Assembly (NCBI GenBank): GCA_043806595.1
Contig: JAZDGU010000018.1
Coordinates: forward strand, 1,400 to 65,399
Reading direction: 5' to 3'
DNA length: 64,000 nt
Source: Candidatus Micrarchaeota archaeon
GTDB taxonomy: Archaea; Micrarchaeota; Micrarchaeia; Norongarragalinales; SBBD01
Shown here: in pieces, positions 9,738 through 19,170 of the stretch
Position numbering within the stretch: the stretch's first letter is position 1
Layout: every line of letters begins with the position of its first letter
Position numbers and translations under genes: made by a program
The notes under the pieces: generated by a model
What the model saw: only the letters and a program-made list of their open reading frames with translations
The model's database searches: none
What the model was told of the DNA's origin: nothing

Positions 9738-10859
9738 ATGTCACGACGGGCCTCGAAAAGGTTTATAACCGGAGGAAGGCAAAGGGCTGTTGATGCGGCA
9801 ATGATGCTGGACGCGACGACGTACAAGACGGTTCTGACGCCAGAGGCAGCGCTCGGCATCATACAGAAGGAGCTCGCCAAGAAGGGCTGGAAGAAGCCCG
9901 AGGTAGAGGACGTCCGGCTCGTCTACACGCCATTCTACCTGTTCTCCTTCGATGTCGCGGCGGAAGGCGCGCCGCCGATTACCGGTAAGGCCGCGCTCAA
10001 CGCCTTCAGCGGCGAAATCAACGAGATTGTGCCGATGATACTGGAGAGGCCGCTGACCCGCATGAAGGAAATCAGGGAGGGCGAGGTCGAGGAGACGGCG
10101 ATCACCCCGACCGAGGCAAGGGACGCGGCCCTCGCCAAGCTGGCGGTGCAGACCGGCGTGAAGAAGGAGATGATCGCAGTGTCGGCGTTCTCCAAGTCGT
10201 ACGTGCCGTTCTACAGGGTGTGGGTGAACGTGCACCGCGAGCCGTACAAGGCGGAAGTCGACGCGCTCATGGGCAGCATGGTGGGCCTCGAGGGCGTGCA
10301 CGAGAAGCCCAAGAGCTGGGGCGAGGCCGCAAACGACACGATAAACAAGATGAAGACGCCTTCGGGCTGGGCGGAACTCGGGGGGAAGACGATAAAGACG
10401 ATCACCGGAGGCGGGGGCCGCGGCGGCTCGCGTGACGAACGCGCCGGGGGGCACACGGGGTCGGAATTCGCGCTCGGCGGCAGCCCGTTCACCAAGATAA
10501 CGGGCACGAGGGAGGGCCGCTGGCTGATACTGCTCGTCGCCATCATCGTCCTCGCGTGGCTATTCCTTTACCAGCAGCAGGGCAGCGCGCAGTGCAAGGG
10601 CGACATATTCCAGACCGGCGGGCAGTGCGTGCTCGAGGGCGACTGCGGCTTCAACAACGGCGCAAAGCAGGCCGAATACGTGACCACGAGGATAATGATC
10701 TACCAAGACGGGCAGGAGAGGCTCGACCTCGGGGAAATCGTCGGCATGCAGGTAGACGCCGGCGGCAAGGCCGACGTCTGGCGCAAGCAGTTCAACGTCA
10801 CGTGGAACCGGAGCGGGGTAGACTGCGGCGCGTTCTCGTGGAAGTCCGACAAGGTCTGA
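9738..10859 (+). CDS. Membrane protein, unknown function (cytoplasmic N-domain, one TM, Cys-containing extracellular tail)
   Basis: TM helix RWLILLVAIIVLAWLFLY, a Gly-rich linker, and a C-terminal CxxC-containing segment. No family recognised. Confidence 0.45.
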   Translation: MSRRASKRFITGGRQRAVDAAMMLDATTYKTVLTPEAALGIIQKELAKKGWKKPEVEDVRLVYTPFYLFSFDVAAEGAPPITGKAALNAFSGEINEIVPMILERPLTRMKEIREGEVEETAITPTEARDAALAKLAVQTGVKKEMIAVSAFSKSYVPFYRVWVNVHREPYKAEVDALMGSMVGLEGVHEKPKSWGEAANDTINKMKTPSGWAELGGKTIKTITGGGGRGGSRDERAGGHTGSEFALGGSPFTKITGTREGRWLILLVAIIVLAWLFLYQQQGSAQCKGDIFQTGGQCVLEGDCGFNNGAKQAEYVTTRIMIYQDGQERLDLGEIVGMQVDAGGKADVWRKQFNVTWNRSGVDCGAFSWKSDKV

Positions 10860-10883
10860 TTGCGGCGGTGAACCGGCAACCCC

Positions 10884-11903
10884 ATGGCCACCTGTGATAA
10901 TTGCGGCAAACGCGCGACGGTAAGGCTGCACTACAACGGCACCGGCCTCTGCGCGGAATGCTTCTGCGCGCAGTTCGAGAAGAGGGTGTGGAAGGCAAAC
11001 AAGGACTTCGGCATGCTGAAGCTCGGGGACCGCGTCGCCGTGGCGGTGTCGGGAGGCAAGGACTCCGGCGCGATGCTCTATGTTCTGGAGAAGATGAGGC
11101 CGAAGATCCGCGGGCTCGAGCTGTTCCCGGTGATTGTGGACGAGGGGATTCCGGGCTACCGCGGTTCCGGGATTCGCAAGGCTGAAGAGCTCTGCAGGAT
11201 GCTCTGCCTGCCGCTCGCGGTCTACCGTTTCTCGGACCACTTCAAGGCCATCAGCGAAATAACCGGGAGGCGGGACAGGCTCGTAAAGCGGAAGAAGGCG
11301 GGATTCAAGCGGCGGAGGGCGTGCACCTACTGCGGGGTGTTCCGGCGCTCCATGCTGGACACGGCCGCCAAGGAGCTCGGGGCCGACAAGCTCGCCGTGG
11401 GGCACAACGCCGACGACCTCGCGCAGACGTTCCTCATGAACCTACTGCACCGCGACGAAGGCAGGCTGCGTACGTTTGCGCCGGCGAGCGACGGGTTCGG
11501 GGGATTCGTGCCGAGAATTAGGCCGCTCGCCTACAACCCGGAGGAGGAGAGCAGGATCTACTGCAGGCTCCGCGGAATACCCTTCTACGACTGCCGCTGC
11601 CCGAACTCCTCGGAGAGCTTCCGCGGGGAGGTCAAGCGCTTCCTCAACGGCGTCGAGGAGAAGTTCCCGGGAGCGAAGTTCAACGTCCTGCGCGCGTACC
11701 TCGACCTGCAAGGAAAATTCGACGGGCATGAAAAGCCGGCCAAATCAAAGGCGGCCGCCTGCAATTCCTGCGGCACGCCTTCCTCGGGCTCCGAGTGCAT
11801 GGCGTGCAGGCTCATGGAAGAGCTCGGATGGAAACGCGCCTCCGCGGGAACCAGACGACCCGCTTTTTCCCCCACCTGCCGCCGCGGTAGTCGTACTCGA
11901 TGA
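10884..11903 (+). CDS. ttuA: tRNA 2-thiolation protein, TtuA/NcsA-type PP-loop ATPase
   Basis: N-terminal zinc finger CDNCG...CAEC, PP-loop SGGKDS, central CTYCG, C-terminal CNSCG...CMAC. The 3' end overlaps the convergent gpmA-like gene by ~92 nt, which is unusual and suggests the true stop is earlier or this boundary is mis-called. Confidence 0.75.
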   Translation: MATCDNCGKRATVRLHYNGTGLCAECFCAQFEKRVWKANKDFGMLKLGDRVAVAVSGGKDSGAMLYVLEKMRPKIRGLELFPVIVDEGIPGYRGSGIRKAEELCRMLCLPLAVYRFSDHFKAISEITGRRDRLVKRKKAGFKRRRACTYCGVFRRSMLDTAAKELGADKLAVGHNADDLAQTFLMNLLHRDEGRLRTFAPASDGFGGFVPRIRPLAYNPEEESRIYCRLRGIPFYDCRCPNSSESFRGEVKRFLNGVEEKFPGAKFNVLRAYLDLQGKFDGHEKPAKSKAAACNSCGTPSSGSECMACRLMEELGWKRASAGTRRPAFSPTCRRGSRTR

Positions 11904-12510
11904 ATTTGTCGAACGGGATCTCGAGCGCGACGACCTCGTCTTCCGAAAGCCGGTCGAGCTCCATTACGATCGAGCGGAGGCTGTTGCCGTGCGCGACGAC
12001 GAGCACGTTCTCGCCCTTCTTCAGCAGGGGCACGATTTTTTTATGGAAGTAGGGCAGCGTCCTATTGCAGGTGTCCTCGAGGCTCTCGCCGCCCGGCGGC
12101 CTCGTGCGGAAGCTCCTCCGCCAGAGCCTGACGTGCGCCTCGCCATACACGCGCGCGGTCTCCGCCTTGTCCAGTCCCTGCAGGTCGCCATAGTGCCTCT
12201 CGTTGAGCGCGTCGTCCTGATGGACGGGAATCCCGCCGGGGACTGGCTTGTGCCTCTCCTGTGGCTTGCCGTGCGGGATGACGAGGAACTTCCCGTCCGG
12301 GAATTTCGAGCACGCGATGAGCATCGTCTCGACCGCGCGCACGAGGTTGGACGTGAACACTGCGTCGAAGGAATAGTCCCTGAGCTTTGTGGCGACGGCG
12401 AGCGCGTCCCTGCGGCCCTCGACGGCGAGCGGGATGTCCACCCAGCCGGTGAAGAGGTTCCTCACGTTCCACACAGAGCGGCCGTGGCGCAGCAAAACGA
12501 GTTTCGGCAC
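11812..12510 (-). CDS. gpmA: Histidine phosphatase family phosphoglycerate mutase (GpmA-like)
   Basis: N-terminus LVLLRHGRSVWN (the RHG catalytic motif) and C-terminal VVAHGNSLR. Confidence 0.75.
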   Translation of the reverse strand: MPKLVLLRHGRSVWNVRNLFTGWVDIPLAVEGRRDALAVATKLRDYSFDAVFTSNLVRAVETMLIACSKFPDGKFLVIPHGKPQERHKPVPGGIPVHQDDALNERHYGDLQGLDKAETARVYGEAHVRLWRRSFRTRPPGGESLEDTCNRTLPYFHKKIVPLLKKGENVLVVAHGNSLRSIVMELDRLSEDEVVALEIPFDKFIEYDYRGGRWGKKRVVWFPRRRVSIRALP

Positions 12511-12545
12511 AGCAAATGCACCCCCAGTAGGGGCAAGGATAAGGT

Positions 12546-12556
12546 TGTTTTTATTC
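12546..12556 (-). promoter_or_regulatory. TATA-like box (ggaataaaaac, minus strand) upstream of gpmA
   Basis: AT-rich box about 35-45 nt upstream of the ATG. Confidence 0.25.
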
Positions 12557-12746
12557 CTTCACTTCGACGCATTCGCACCGGAACGGTGGTAAGCAAAGGC
12601 GTATTAACCACCCCTGCGCAAGAAGCCTTGGGGGAAGCGGAAAGGGGTTTCGCTTTCATGCCACACGGCGCGCAAACTCCGCGGAAGATATCCGCAAAAT
12701 CGCGCCAACGGCGGGACTGACCCTGTTTCCCTTCCCCTGTTCATTC

Positions 12747-13220
12747 TCACGACTGCTGGACAATCTTCACGGACTTCATGACCACGGGCTGGAGGGGCCT
12801 GTCATTCGCGTCCTTGGGGACGCCGCCGATCTTCTGCACGACGTCCATGCCATTGACGACCTTCCCGAAGACCGCGTGGCGGCCGTCCAGCCACGGCGTG
12901 GAGTCGAGGGTGATGAAGAACTGGCTCCCGCCCGTGTTCGGGCCCGCGTTCGCCATGGAAAGCATTCCGGGGCCGGAGTGGGCAAGGCCGGGGCCGAACT
13001 CGTCCTCAATCTCGTAGCCCGGGCCGCCCGTGCCGTCCCCCTTCGGGCAGCCGCCCTGTACCATGAAGCCCGGGATGACGCGGTGGAAGGTCAGGCCGTC
13101 GTAGAACTTCTTCTCCGCGAGCTTGACGAAATCGGCGACCGTCTTCGGCGCCTTGTCCATGAAAAGCTCGACGTCTATGACGCCGAGGGACGTGTCGAAT
13201 ATCGCGTGCGGGTTGGGCAA
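12747..13220 (-). CDS. ppiB: Cyclophilin-type peptidyl-prolyl cis-trans isomerase
   Basis: Cyclophilin motifs [13 protein letters not shown] and GGSQFFITL over a 157-aa protein. Confidence 0.9.
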   Translation of the reverse strand: MPNPHAIFDTSLGVIDVELFMDKAPKTVADFVKLAEKKFYDGLTFHRVIPGFMVQGGCPKGDGTGGPGYEIEDEFGPGLAHSGPGMLSMANAGPNTGGSQFFITLDSTPWLDGRHAVFGKVVNGMDVVQKIGGVPKDANDRPLQPVVMKSVKIVQQS

Positions 13221-13250
13221 ATCTGCTCACCTTGGTTTGGGGGTATTGAG

Positions 13251-13323
13251 TGGGCCCGCGGAGAATCGGACTCCGGATCTCCAGTGTGTGAGACTGGCGT
13301 CTTAACCACTCGACTACGGGCCC
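13251..13323 (-). tRNA. tRNA-Val (anticodon CAC)
   Basis: Reverse complement GGGCCCGTAGTCGAGTGGTTAAGACGCCAGTCTCACACACTGGAGATCCGGAGTCCGATTCTCCGCGGGCCCA. It has a 7-bp acceptor stem, a D-arm, anticodon stem CCAGT/ACTGG with loop CTCACAC, a T-arm CGGAG-TCCGATT-CTCCG, and no encoded CCA. Confidence 0.8.
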
Positions 13324-13340
13324 TTCCTAAAAGTAGGTGA

Positions 13341-13360
13341 AAACGGTTTAAAAAAACGAT
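13341..13360 (-). terminator. Poly-T terminator downstream of rps26e
   Basis: A T7 run on the minus strand lies 15 nt after the S26e stop, the typical archaeal oligo-T termination signal. Confidence 0.4.
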
Positions 13361-13371
13361 GCCAGCCTTTC

Positions 13372-13710
13372 CTAATCGTATTTCGGCTGGCCGTGGCTTC
13401 GCGTGGTGCTGACGCCCGTCGTCTCGTTGAAGCGTGAGAACTGGCGGAAAGGCGCGTTCTCGGCCCGCTCGCGCGCCCGCGCCTCCTGCTCGCGCTTCTT
13501 GTCGAAGATGCGCAGGTGCTTGCCGCACGAGATGCAGTAGCAGACCTCGCGCGTGATGCGCGGCTGGTACTGGTCGTCGTAGACGTCCTTGCGCTCCATG
13601 GGATTGGAGAGCATGACCTTCTCGATGCAGACGGCCTTGTCCTTGCGCGTGAGCCTGCCGCACTTGCCGCAGGGTATGAGACGCTCCTTTCCTCTGCCCA
13701 ATTCAAACAC
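13372..13710 (-). CDS. rps26e: 30S ribosomal protein S26e
   Basis: IPCGKCGRLTRKDKA...YCISCGKHLRIFDKKREQEARA matches the S26e zinc-ribbon pattern (C..C..PKDKA ... YC.SCA.H ... R.RSRE). Confidence 0.8.
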   Translation of the reverse strand: MFELGRGKERLIPCGKCGRLTRKDKAVCIEKVMLSNPMERKDVYDDQYQPRITREVCYCISCGKHLRIFDKKREQEARARERAENAPFRQFSRFNETTGVSTTRSHGQPKYD

Positions 13711-13716
13711 CTCTGG

Positions 13717-15126
13717 TTAATCCTGTCCGCTGCCGCCGAACTCGCGCCTGATCCTGGAAACGAGCCTCTTCTTAGCCGGCGTGCCCTTGAGCGCGTGCTG
13801 TAAGACGTCATGCCAATGGGATGCCGTAACTATTTCAATCTTTCCATTCTGCTCGCGGTCGAGGACGATGTCGCCGAGGTTCGATGCCGGAACCACGGCC
13901 TTGCGCATGCCCGCCTCTATCGCCGCCTCGATCTTCTGCGTGACGCCGCCGACGGGGAGGACCTCGCCGCGGACGGAAATAGAGCCAGTCATGGCCACCC
14001 CCTGGTCCACGGGGATCTCCTCCAGCGCGGACAGGACCGCGGTCGCGACGGCGATGCTCGCGCTGTCGCCCTCGACGCCCTCGTAGGTCTGCAGGAACTG
14101 GACGTGGATGTCGAAGCCGCTGACGTCCTTGCCGATGTGCTTCTTGAGCAGCGCGCTGACGTTCTCGACGGCCTCCTGGGCTATCTCGCCGAGCTTGCCG
14201 GTGGCGATTATCTTGCCCTCGGCCTTGCTCGCAGCGGGAGCGACTTCGGCGACTATCGGCAAAAGGATGCCCGAGTCGCCCATGACCGCGAGGCCGTTCA
14301 CCCTGCCGACCTCGAAGCCCGTGTTGACGAAAACGCGGTAGTCCTTCTTGACGTCGATGAACTGCTGCGCCATCTGCTGCTCGAGGGTCCTGGAAAGGCG
14401 TTTGGCCATCTTCACGTCCGTCGAGGAGACGGCCGGGGACTTGTGCTCTCGCGCGACGTCGCCCGCGGCACGGATGAGGCCGCCGAGCTCGCGCAGCTTG
14501 AGCGTCAGGCGGTTCTTGCGGCCGGCGCGCTTGCGCGCCTCATAGACGAGTTCCTGGATGCCGCCGGAGTCGAAGTGCGGGATCTTGCCGTCCTTCTTGA
14601 CCTCCTGCGCGATGAACTGCACGAGCTTGAGCCGGTTGGCGAGGTTGTCCTCCATGGTCTCGTCCATGTAGACCTCGTAGCCGAAGCCGCGGATGCGGGA
14701 GCGGAGCGCGGGGTGCATCTTCTGGACGTCGAAGTAGTTGCCAGCGGCGATGAGCACGAAGTCGCACGGCACCGGCTGGGTCTTGACCTGCGCGCCGCTA
14801 GACATCTCGCTCTGGCCGGTGATGCTCAGCCTCTTCTCCTGGATCGCGGTCAGCAGCTCCTGCTGGGCCTTGGGCTTGAGCGTGGAGACCTCGTCGATGA
14901 AGAGCACGCCACGGTGCGCCCTGTGGATGGCACCCGCCGCGATGCGCAAGTGGGGCGGGGTGCCGAGGCCGCCGCTGTTGCGGACTAGCACGCCGTTCGC
15001 GAAGTAGTTGCCCGTGGACGTAGTCATGTTGTAGACCGTGCCGTCGAAAGGCAGGAGCCTCTTCGCGGCCGCAGGCGCTGTGGAGAGCTTGAAACGCATG
15101 GCTACCATCAAGTGAATTGCATTCAT
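13717..15126 (-). CDS. lonB: Archaeal Lon protease LonB, lacking the N-terminal Walker A/membrane-anchor segment
   Basis: Walker B GVLFIDEV, sensor region, and Lon proteolytic domain with Ser-Lys dyad ([16 protein letters not shown]). An in-frame TAA lies 5 codons upstream of the first ATG, so the roughly 170-200 aa N-terminal part found in other LonB is absent here. Confidence 0.85.
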   Translation of the reverse strand: MNAIHLMVAMRFKLSTAPAAAKRLLPFDGTVYNMTTSTGNYFANGVLVRNSGGLGTPPHLRIAAGAIHRAHRGVLFIDEVSTLKPKAQQELLTAIQEKRLSITGQSEMSSGAQVKTQPVPCDFVLIAAGNYFDVQKMHPALRSRIRGFGYEVYMDETMEDNLANRLKLVQFIAQEVKKDGKIPHFDSGGIQELVYEARKRAGRKNRLTLKLRELGGLIRAAGDVAREHKSPAVSSTDVKMAKRLSRTLEQQMAQQFIDVKKDYRVFVNTGFEVGRVNGLAVMGDSGILLPIVAEVAPAASKAEGKIIATGKLGEIAQEAVENVSALLKKHIGKDVSGFDIHVQFLQTYEGVEGDSASIAVATAVLSALEEIPVDQGVAMTGSISVRGEVLPVGGVTQKIEAAIEAGMRKAVVPASNLGDIVLDREQNGKIEIVTASHWHDVLQHALKGTPAKKRLVSRIRREFGGSGQD

Positions 15127-15140
15127 TGAACCCTCGAAAG

Positions 15141-15150
15141 CTTATAAAAC
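15141..15150 (+). promoter_or_regulatory. TATA-like box cttataaaac upstream of the membrane-protein gene
   Basis: Good TATA match about 67-76 nt upstream of the ATG at 15217. Confidence 0.3.
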
Positions 15151-15216
15151 CGCTTTTCCGCGCCTCGGGGAAAGGTTTAAAGCCGGCCGCGGGGTTATGC
15201 AGGAGGGGATTAACCC

Positions 15217-15570
15217 ATGGAACCCATGCCCGACTTCGACACCTGGTTCAGCCTGATGAGCCTCGTCTTCTTCGGAATGCTGACGCTCTACTCGGCGAGG
15301 ACGTACCTCTTCTTCCGGGAAAGCAGCCTCGCACAGCACCTCCGGCTCCTCAGCGTCGGCCTGTTCATGTTCACGTTGAGCAAGGCGATCCAACTTTACC
15401 AGTACACCGCAGGCACGACGTTCTACCAGCTGACGAACACCGTCGAGCTCGCCGCGGCGCTGTTCCTGCTAGGCGGCGTTCTCGACTTCAAGCGCGAGTT
15501 CATGAAGTTCAAGTGGCTCAAGGAGATGGAGGCGGCGATCCGCAACGAGAAGAGAAAGCCAGTAGTCTGA
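15217..15570 (+). CDS. Small integral membrane protein (3-4 TM)
   Basis: Hydrophobic helices FSLMSLVFFGMLTLY, LLSVGLFMFTL and LAAALFLLGGVL. Confidence 0.45.
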   Translation: MEPMPDFDTWFSLMSLVFFGMLTLYSARTYLFFRESSLAQHLRLLSVGLFMFTLSKAIQLYQYTAGTTFYQLTNTVELAAALFLLGGVLDFKREFMKFKWLKEMEAAIRNEKRKPVV

Positions 15571-15627
15571 GCCCGCCGATAAGCCGGAATTGCCGGCAAC
15601 GCTCCCCCCTATAGAATCGGTGAATTA

Positions 15628-16201
15628 ATGCCACAAGAGCAGGAGAAAGGGCCGATTCCGTACATGGCGTTCTACCACAGCACGGCTACGGAAGGGTTGA
15701 TGGAAAGGCAGTTGAAGAAGCTCGGGAAAACAAGCCTGCCCCCCAAACCGGCATACTCGTTCCTGGCAGGGACAAACCCGGAAGCGTTCCCCCCCCGAGA
15801 GGCTTGGGGCAAAGCGGATAGCGGTCAAGAGGATTCCGCTGGAGTACGCCGAAGAACTTCTTTCCCGCGGCCTCACCGGCAGGAACCCGTCGTACATCGG
15901 GTTTATCTGGTACGAGCGGGAAAGGGGCGGTTACACGACGGACGTTTACGATCCTAAGGACCATCCTGACTGGAAGGTCGCGGGCGGGCTCGCCAATTGG
16001 ATGGAGGCAGTCACCACCAACCACCTCAAAAAAACGTACGGGGCAAGATTTTTTTCCACGCCGTTTTCGTCTTCCGGCTCCAGAAGGGGACAGGTCGAAC
16101 GGTGGGGATTGAAGGCCGGCACGCAATACCACGTCGACTCATGGATGAAGGGATTGGGCAAGGGTTTGCGCGGAACCCTGCAGAAGCGGCGGCAACGCTA
16201 G
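15628..16201 (+). pseudogene. Hypothetical protein gene interrupted by a +1 frameshift at a C8 homopolymer (15789-15796)
   Basis: ORF 15628..15957 and the frame ending at 16201 (KRIPLEYAEELLSRGLTGRNPSYIGFIWYERERGGYTTDVYDPKDHPDW...) join into one ~190-aa protein if the C run is 7 rather than 8. Confidence 0.45.
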
Positions 16202-17088
16202 ACCATCAGCTCCTTTCCTTCCTCCGCGGCCTCGGCCGCGGGGAATATCTTCCTTGCCTCGTCCACGAGAGGCGAGACGTCCGAGTAGCGGTTGCTGAAG
16301 TGCGTCAGCACGAGCTTCTTCGCCCCTGCCTTCTTCGCGGTCTCGGCGGCCTGCTTTGCCGTCGAATGGAACTTCAGCTTGGCGGTAGCGGCCTCCTCCG
16401 AGGAGAACGTGCTGTCGTGGATGAGCAGGTCGGCGGCCTTCGCCGCGCGCGTGAGGGAAGCGCATGGCATGGTATCGCCGCTGTAGACGATCCTCTTTCC
16501 TTCCTTGACGAAGGTGACGTCCTCCAGCCGGATCTTCCTCCCGTCGACGGAGACGCTGCCCTTCTCCGTAATTTCGGAGAACAGCCTGCCCTTGATCCCG
16601 AGGCCGCGCGCCTTGTCCGCGTAGAACTTGTGTATGGGCTGCTCCTCGAGAGTGTAGCCGAGTGCCGCGGTGTTGTGCTTGACGGGGAAGGCCGAAACCT
16701 TCACGAGCTTGTCGTCGAACACCTGCCGGGACGAGGAGATTTCGGTGACGTCGTACGGGTAGCCGAAGCGGAAGGGCTTGAGGGAGAAAAGCGAGGCGAG
16801 GAAGTCCTTCGTGCCCTTAGGGCCGTAGAAGTGAAGGGGCGTCTTGCGCTCCTGGATGCCGAGAGTCTGCGTGAGGCCCGCGACGCCGATGACGTGGTCG
16901 GCGTGCAGGTGCGAGAGGAAGATGTTGTCGACCTTGGAGTAGCTGATGGTGAACTTCATCATCTGCCGCTGGACGCCCTCGGCGCAGTCGAAGAGGAACG
17001 TGCCGCCCGTCTTGACCGCGAAGCACGAGGGCACGCGGCCCGGCGACGGCACCGCAGCGGAACTGCCCAGAAAAACCACTCGCAGCAT
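16198..17088 (-). CDS. rnz: Ribonuclease Z (tRNA 3' endonuclease), MBL fold
   Basis: HLHADH zinc motif and short-form RNase Z length (296 aa). Confidence 0.85.
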   Translation of the reverse strand: MLRVVFLGSSAAVPSPGRVPSCFAVKTGGTFLFDCAEGVQRQMMKFTISYSKVDNIFLSHLHADHVIGVAGLTQTLGIQERKTPLHFYGPKGTKDFLASLFSLKPFRFGYPYDVTEISSSRQVFDDKLVKVSAFPVKHNTAALGYTLEEQPIHKFYADKARGLGIKGRLFSEITEKGSVSVDGRKIRLEDVTFVKEGKRIVYSGDTMPCASLTRAAKAADLLIHDSTFSSEEAATAKLKFHSTAKQAAETAKKAGAKKLVLTHFSNRYSDVSPLVDEARKIFPAAEAAEEGKELMV

Positions 17089-17098
17089 TCTCTAAACC

Positions 17099-18388
17099 TC
17101 ATGGGACGCCGACTACGACGTCGCAGGCGTTGGTGCCCGTCGGACCAGTGACGACCAGCGAGCCGCCGAGGCGCCTGAAGAAAGTATTTGAGTCGTTGCG
17201 GCTTAAATACTCTTCCGCACGCAGGCCGCGGCCTTCCGCCCGCGCGGACGTATTCGAGTCAACCAAGGCGCCGGCGGCATGCGAAACGCCATCCACGCCG
17301 TCCGTGCCAGCGGCAAGCAGAACCCCCCGCTTCAATCGCATCGAGGCGGCAAGCGCAAGCTCCTGACATCGTCCCCCACGGCCCTTCCCGCGGACGGTGA
17401 CGACAGTCTCGCCACCCGCGACGAAGCACGCGCCCGAATTCACGACGGAGGCGAGGTTGCGGCCGACGGTGCGCGCCTCTCCCTGCATGCGCTTGATCGC
17501 CAACGGGTTCAGGCCGCGGCATCGCAGGTATCCGACGGCGGCGTCGACGGCATGATCGTTGTCGGCGAGGACGAAGCTGGAAATCCGCGGCATGGGGCGG
17601 CGCGCGAGGTCGAGCGAGGAGATGACCTTCAGCGCCTTGCGTCCGGCGGGAGTGCCCGCGATGCCCCGCATGCGGATGATGCGGGCCGCCCTGCGGGCAT
17701 CCGGCTTGACGTCCACCGTGGGCGCCGAGGCGATGACTTCGAGCGGCGAGCCGACGACGTCGGAAATCACGAGGTTGACCAGATCCGCGCGGTGGAACGC
17801 CGAGGCGAGGCCGCCGGCCTTTATTTGCGAAAGGCACTGCCGCACCGCGTTCAGCTCGCCGACGGGTGCGCCGGCCCTCATCAGGAGCGAGGAAACCCCG
17901 CACATTTCCTTGATGGAAATCCCCTGGAGGGGCAGTTCGGCGAGAGCGGAACCGCCGCCGGAAACCAGAGAAACGACAAGGTCGCCGGGGCGCACGCCTT
18001 CTGCTAGCGCCAGCATTGCGCGCGCGGCTGCGGCGGACTTGGCGCAAGGCAGGGGATGCGTGGACTCGACGAGGCGGATGTTCTTCGTTGAAAAGCGTCT
18101 GGCGGTGCCTTGCGGCACGGCGACGACGCCGGCCTCGACGGGGACCGCCTTTTCGAGCGCCTCGGCCATCGCGCCCGAGGCCTTTCCCATGCCGATCGCG
18201 AAGATCCTGCGGGCCTTGAACTGCCTGCCCCTGACGTTAAGGCCCGCTTTGGAAAAGGAGACCGAATCGCCGACGATGCGGCGGGGGTCGCAGGCCGTGA
18301 CCGCGACCGTGAACGCGGCTAGGCACAGGGCCCGTTTGCCGGAATCGGCGCGCGAAGGCATTTTGTTCACCGGCCTGCAGGGGCTCAC
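17099..18388 (-). CDS. Glycerate 2-kinase, MOFRL family
   Basis: Motifs GMGKASGAMAEAL, SGGGSAL, GTDGVDG and TGPTGTNACD. The start may be an internal Met. Confidence 0.7.
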   Translation of the reverse strand: MSPCRPVNKMPSRADSGKRALCLAAFTVAVTACDPRRIVGDSVSFSKAGLNVRGRQFKARRIFAIGMGKASGAMAEALEKAVPVEAGVVAVPQGTARRFSTKNIRLVESTHPLPCAKSAAAARAMLALAEGVRPGDLVVSLVSGGGSALAELPLQGISIKEMCGVSSLLMRAGAPVGELNAVRQCLSQIKAGGLASAFHRADLVNLVISDVVGSPLEVIASAPTVDVKPDARRAARIIRMRGIAGTPAGRKALKVISSLDLARRPMPRISSFVLADNDHAVDAAVGYLRCRGLNPLAIKRMQGEARTVGRNLASVVNSGACFVAGGETVVTVRGKGRGGRCQELALAASMRLKRGVLLAAGTDGVDGVSHAAGALVDSNTSARAEGRGLRAEEYLSRNDSNTFFRRLGGSLVVTGPTGTNACDVVVGVP

Positions 18389-19170
18389 GTGAGGCGCTTG
18401 ATGTCCTTGACGGTAATGTCGAAGACTAGAGTCTTGCCGGCAAGGGGATGGTTGAAGTCGATTGTGGCGTTCGAGCCGTTGATTGCGGTTACCACGCCCG
18501 ACATGCCGCTCGTGGCGTAGAGCATCATGCCGACGGATACGTCTTCGCCGCCGGTGGTGATGTTCGCGACGGGAATCTGCATGACGTTCTCATCGCTGGG
18601 CTCGCCGTATGCTTCCTCTGGCGGGATGGACGCCGTCTTCTTATCGCCGGCCTTCATTCCGACGACCGCGGCCTCGAAGCCGGGAATCATCTGCCTGGTA
18701 CCGATCGTGAAGGTGAGAAGGTCGTAGGAAGGGCTCACGGGAAGGCCGGCCTTCTCCGCCTCGGCCTGGACGTTCGTGTCGAAGAGCGTGCCGTTCTCGA
18801 ACTTGCCGACGTACTCGACGGAGACGACGTCCCCGGCCTGCACCCTGCGGTCCCCGGGCGGAATCGTCGTGACCGGCGGGACGCCGGCGTCGGAAGGCGC
18901 AATGGTCGGGGCAGCGGTCGGCGTCGGCGTGACCGTTGACTGCTGGACGCAGCCCATGAGGAAGACTATTGCCAAAACCGCTAGCAGTTTGTACAACACT
19001 TGCAAACCCCCCTTCCGGAAGAACCGGACGGGATATTGTTGGGGGGGAAGGGGTATTAAAACCATCCTGACGAAAGACTCGCGAAAGCCCGATGGCATTC
19101 GATTTCGACAGGTTCGCAAGAAAGCTGGAGAGGTACGAATACGCCGAGGCTGTGCTCTCGCGGACGGCAT
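18385..19170 (-). CDS. FKBP-type peptidyl-prolyl isomerase, secreted lipoprotein
   Basis: Signal plus lipobox-like LAIVFLMGCVQQ, then FKBP domain GDVVSVEYVGKFENGTLFDTN...IPGFEAAVVGMKAGDKK. The true start is probably the internal GTG near 18999. Confidence 0.7.
   Translation of the reverse strand: MPSARAQPRRIRTSPAFLRTCRNRMPSGFRESFVRMVLIPLPPQQYPVRFFRKGGLQVLYKLLAVLAIVFLMGCVQQSTVTPTPTAAPTIAPSDAGVPPVTTIPPGDRRVQAGDVVSVEYVGKFENGTLFDTNVQAEAEKAGLPVSPSYDLLTFTIGTRQMIPGFEAAVVGMKAGDKKTASIPPEEAYGEPSDENVMQIPVANITTGGEDVSVGMMLYATSGMSGVVTAINGSNATIDFNHPLAGKTLVFDITVKDIKRLT

Noticed and set aside
15997-17151. 384-aa plus ORF overlapping RNase Z
   Set aside because: Antisense to rnz. Only its first ~200 nt (frame ending 16201) belongs to the real frameshifted upstream gene.
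17259-18392. ORFs 17259..18047 (minus), 17279..18007 (plus) and 17559..18392 (plus)
   Set aside because: Alternate frames or antisense of the MOFRL glycerate kinase gene. They are Arg-rich and motif-free.
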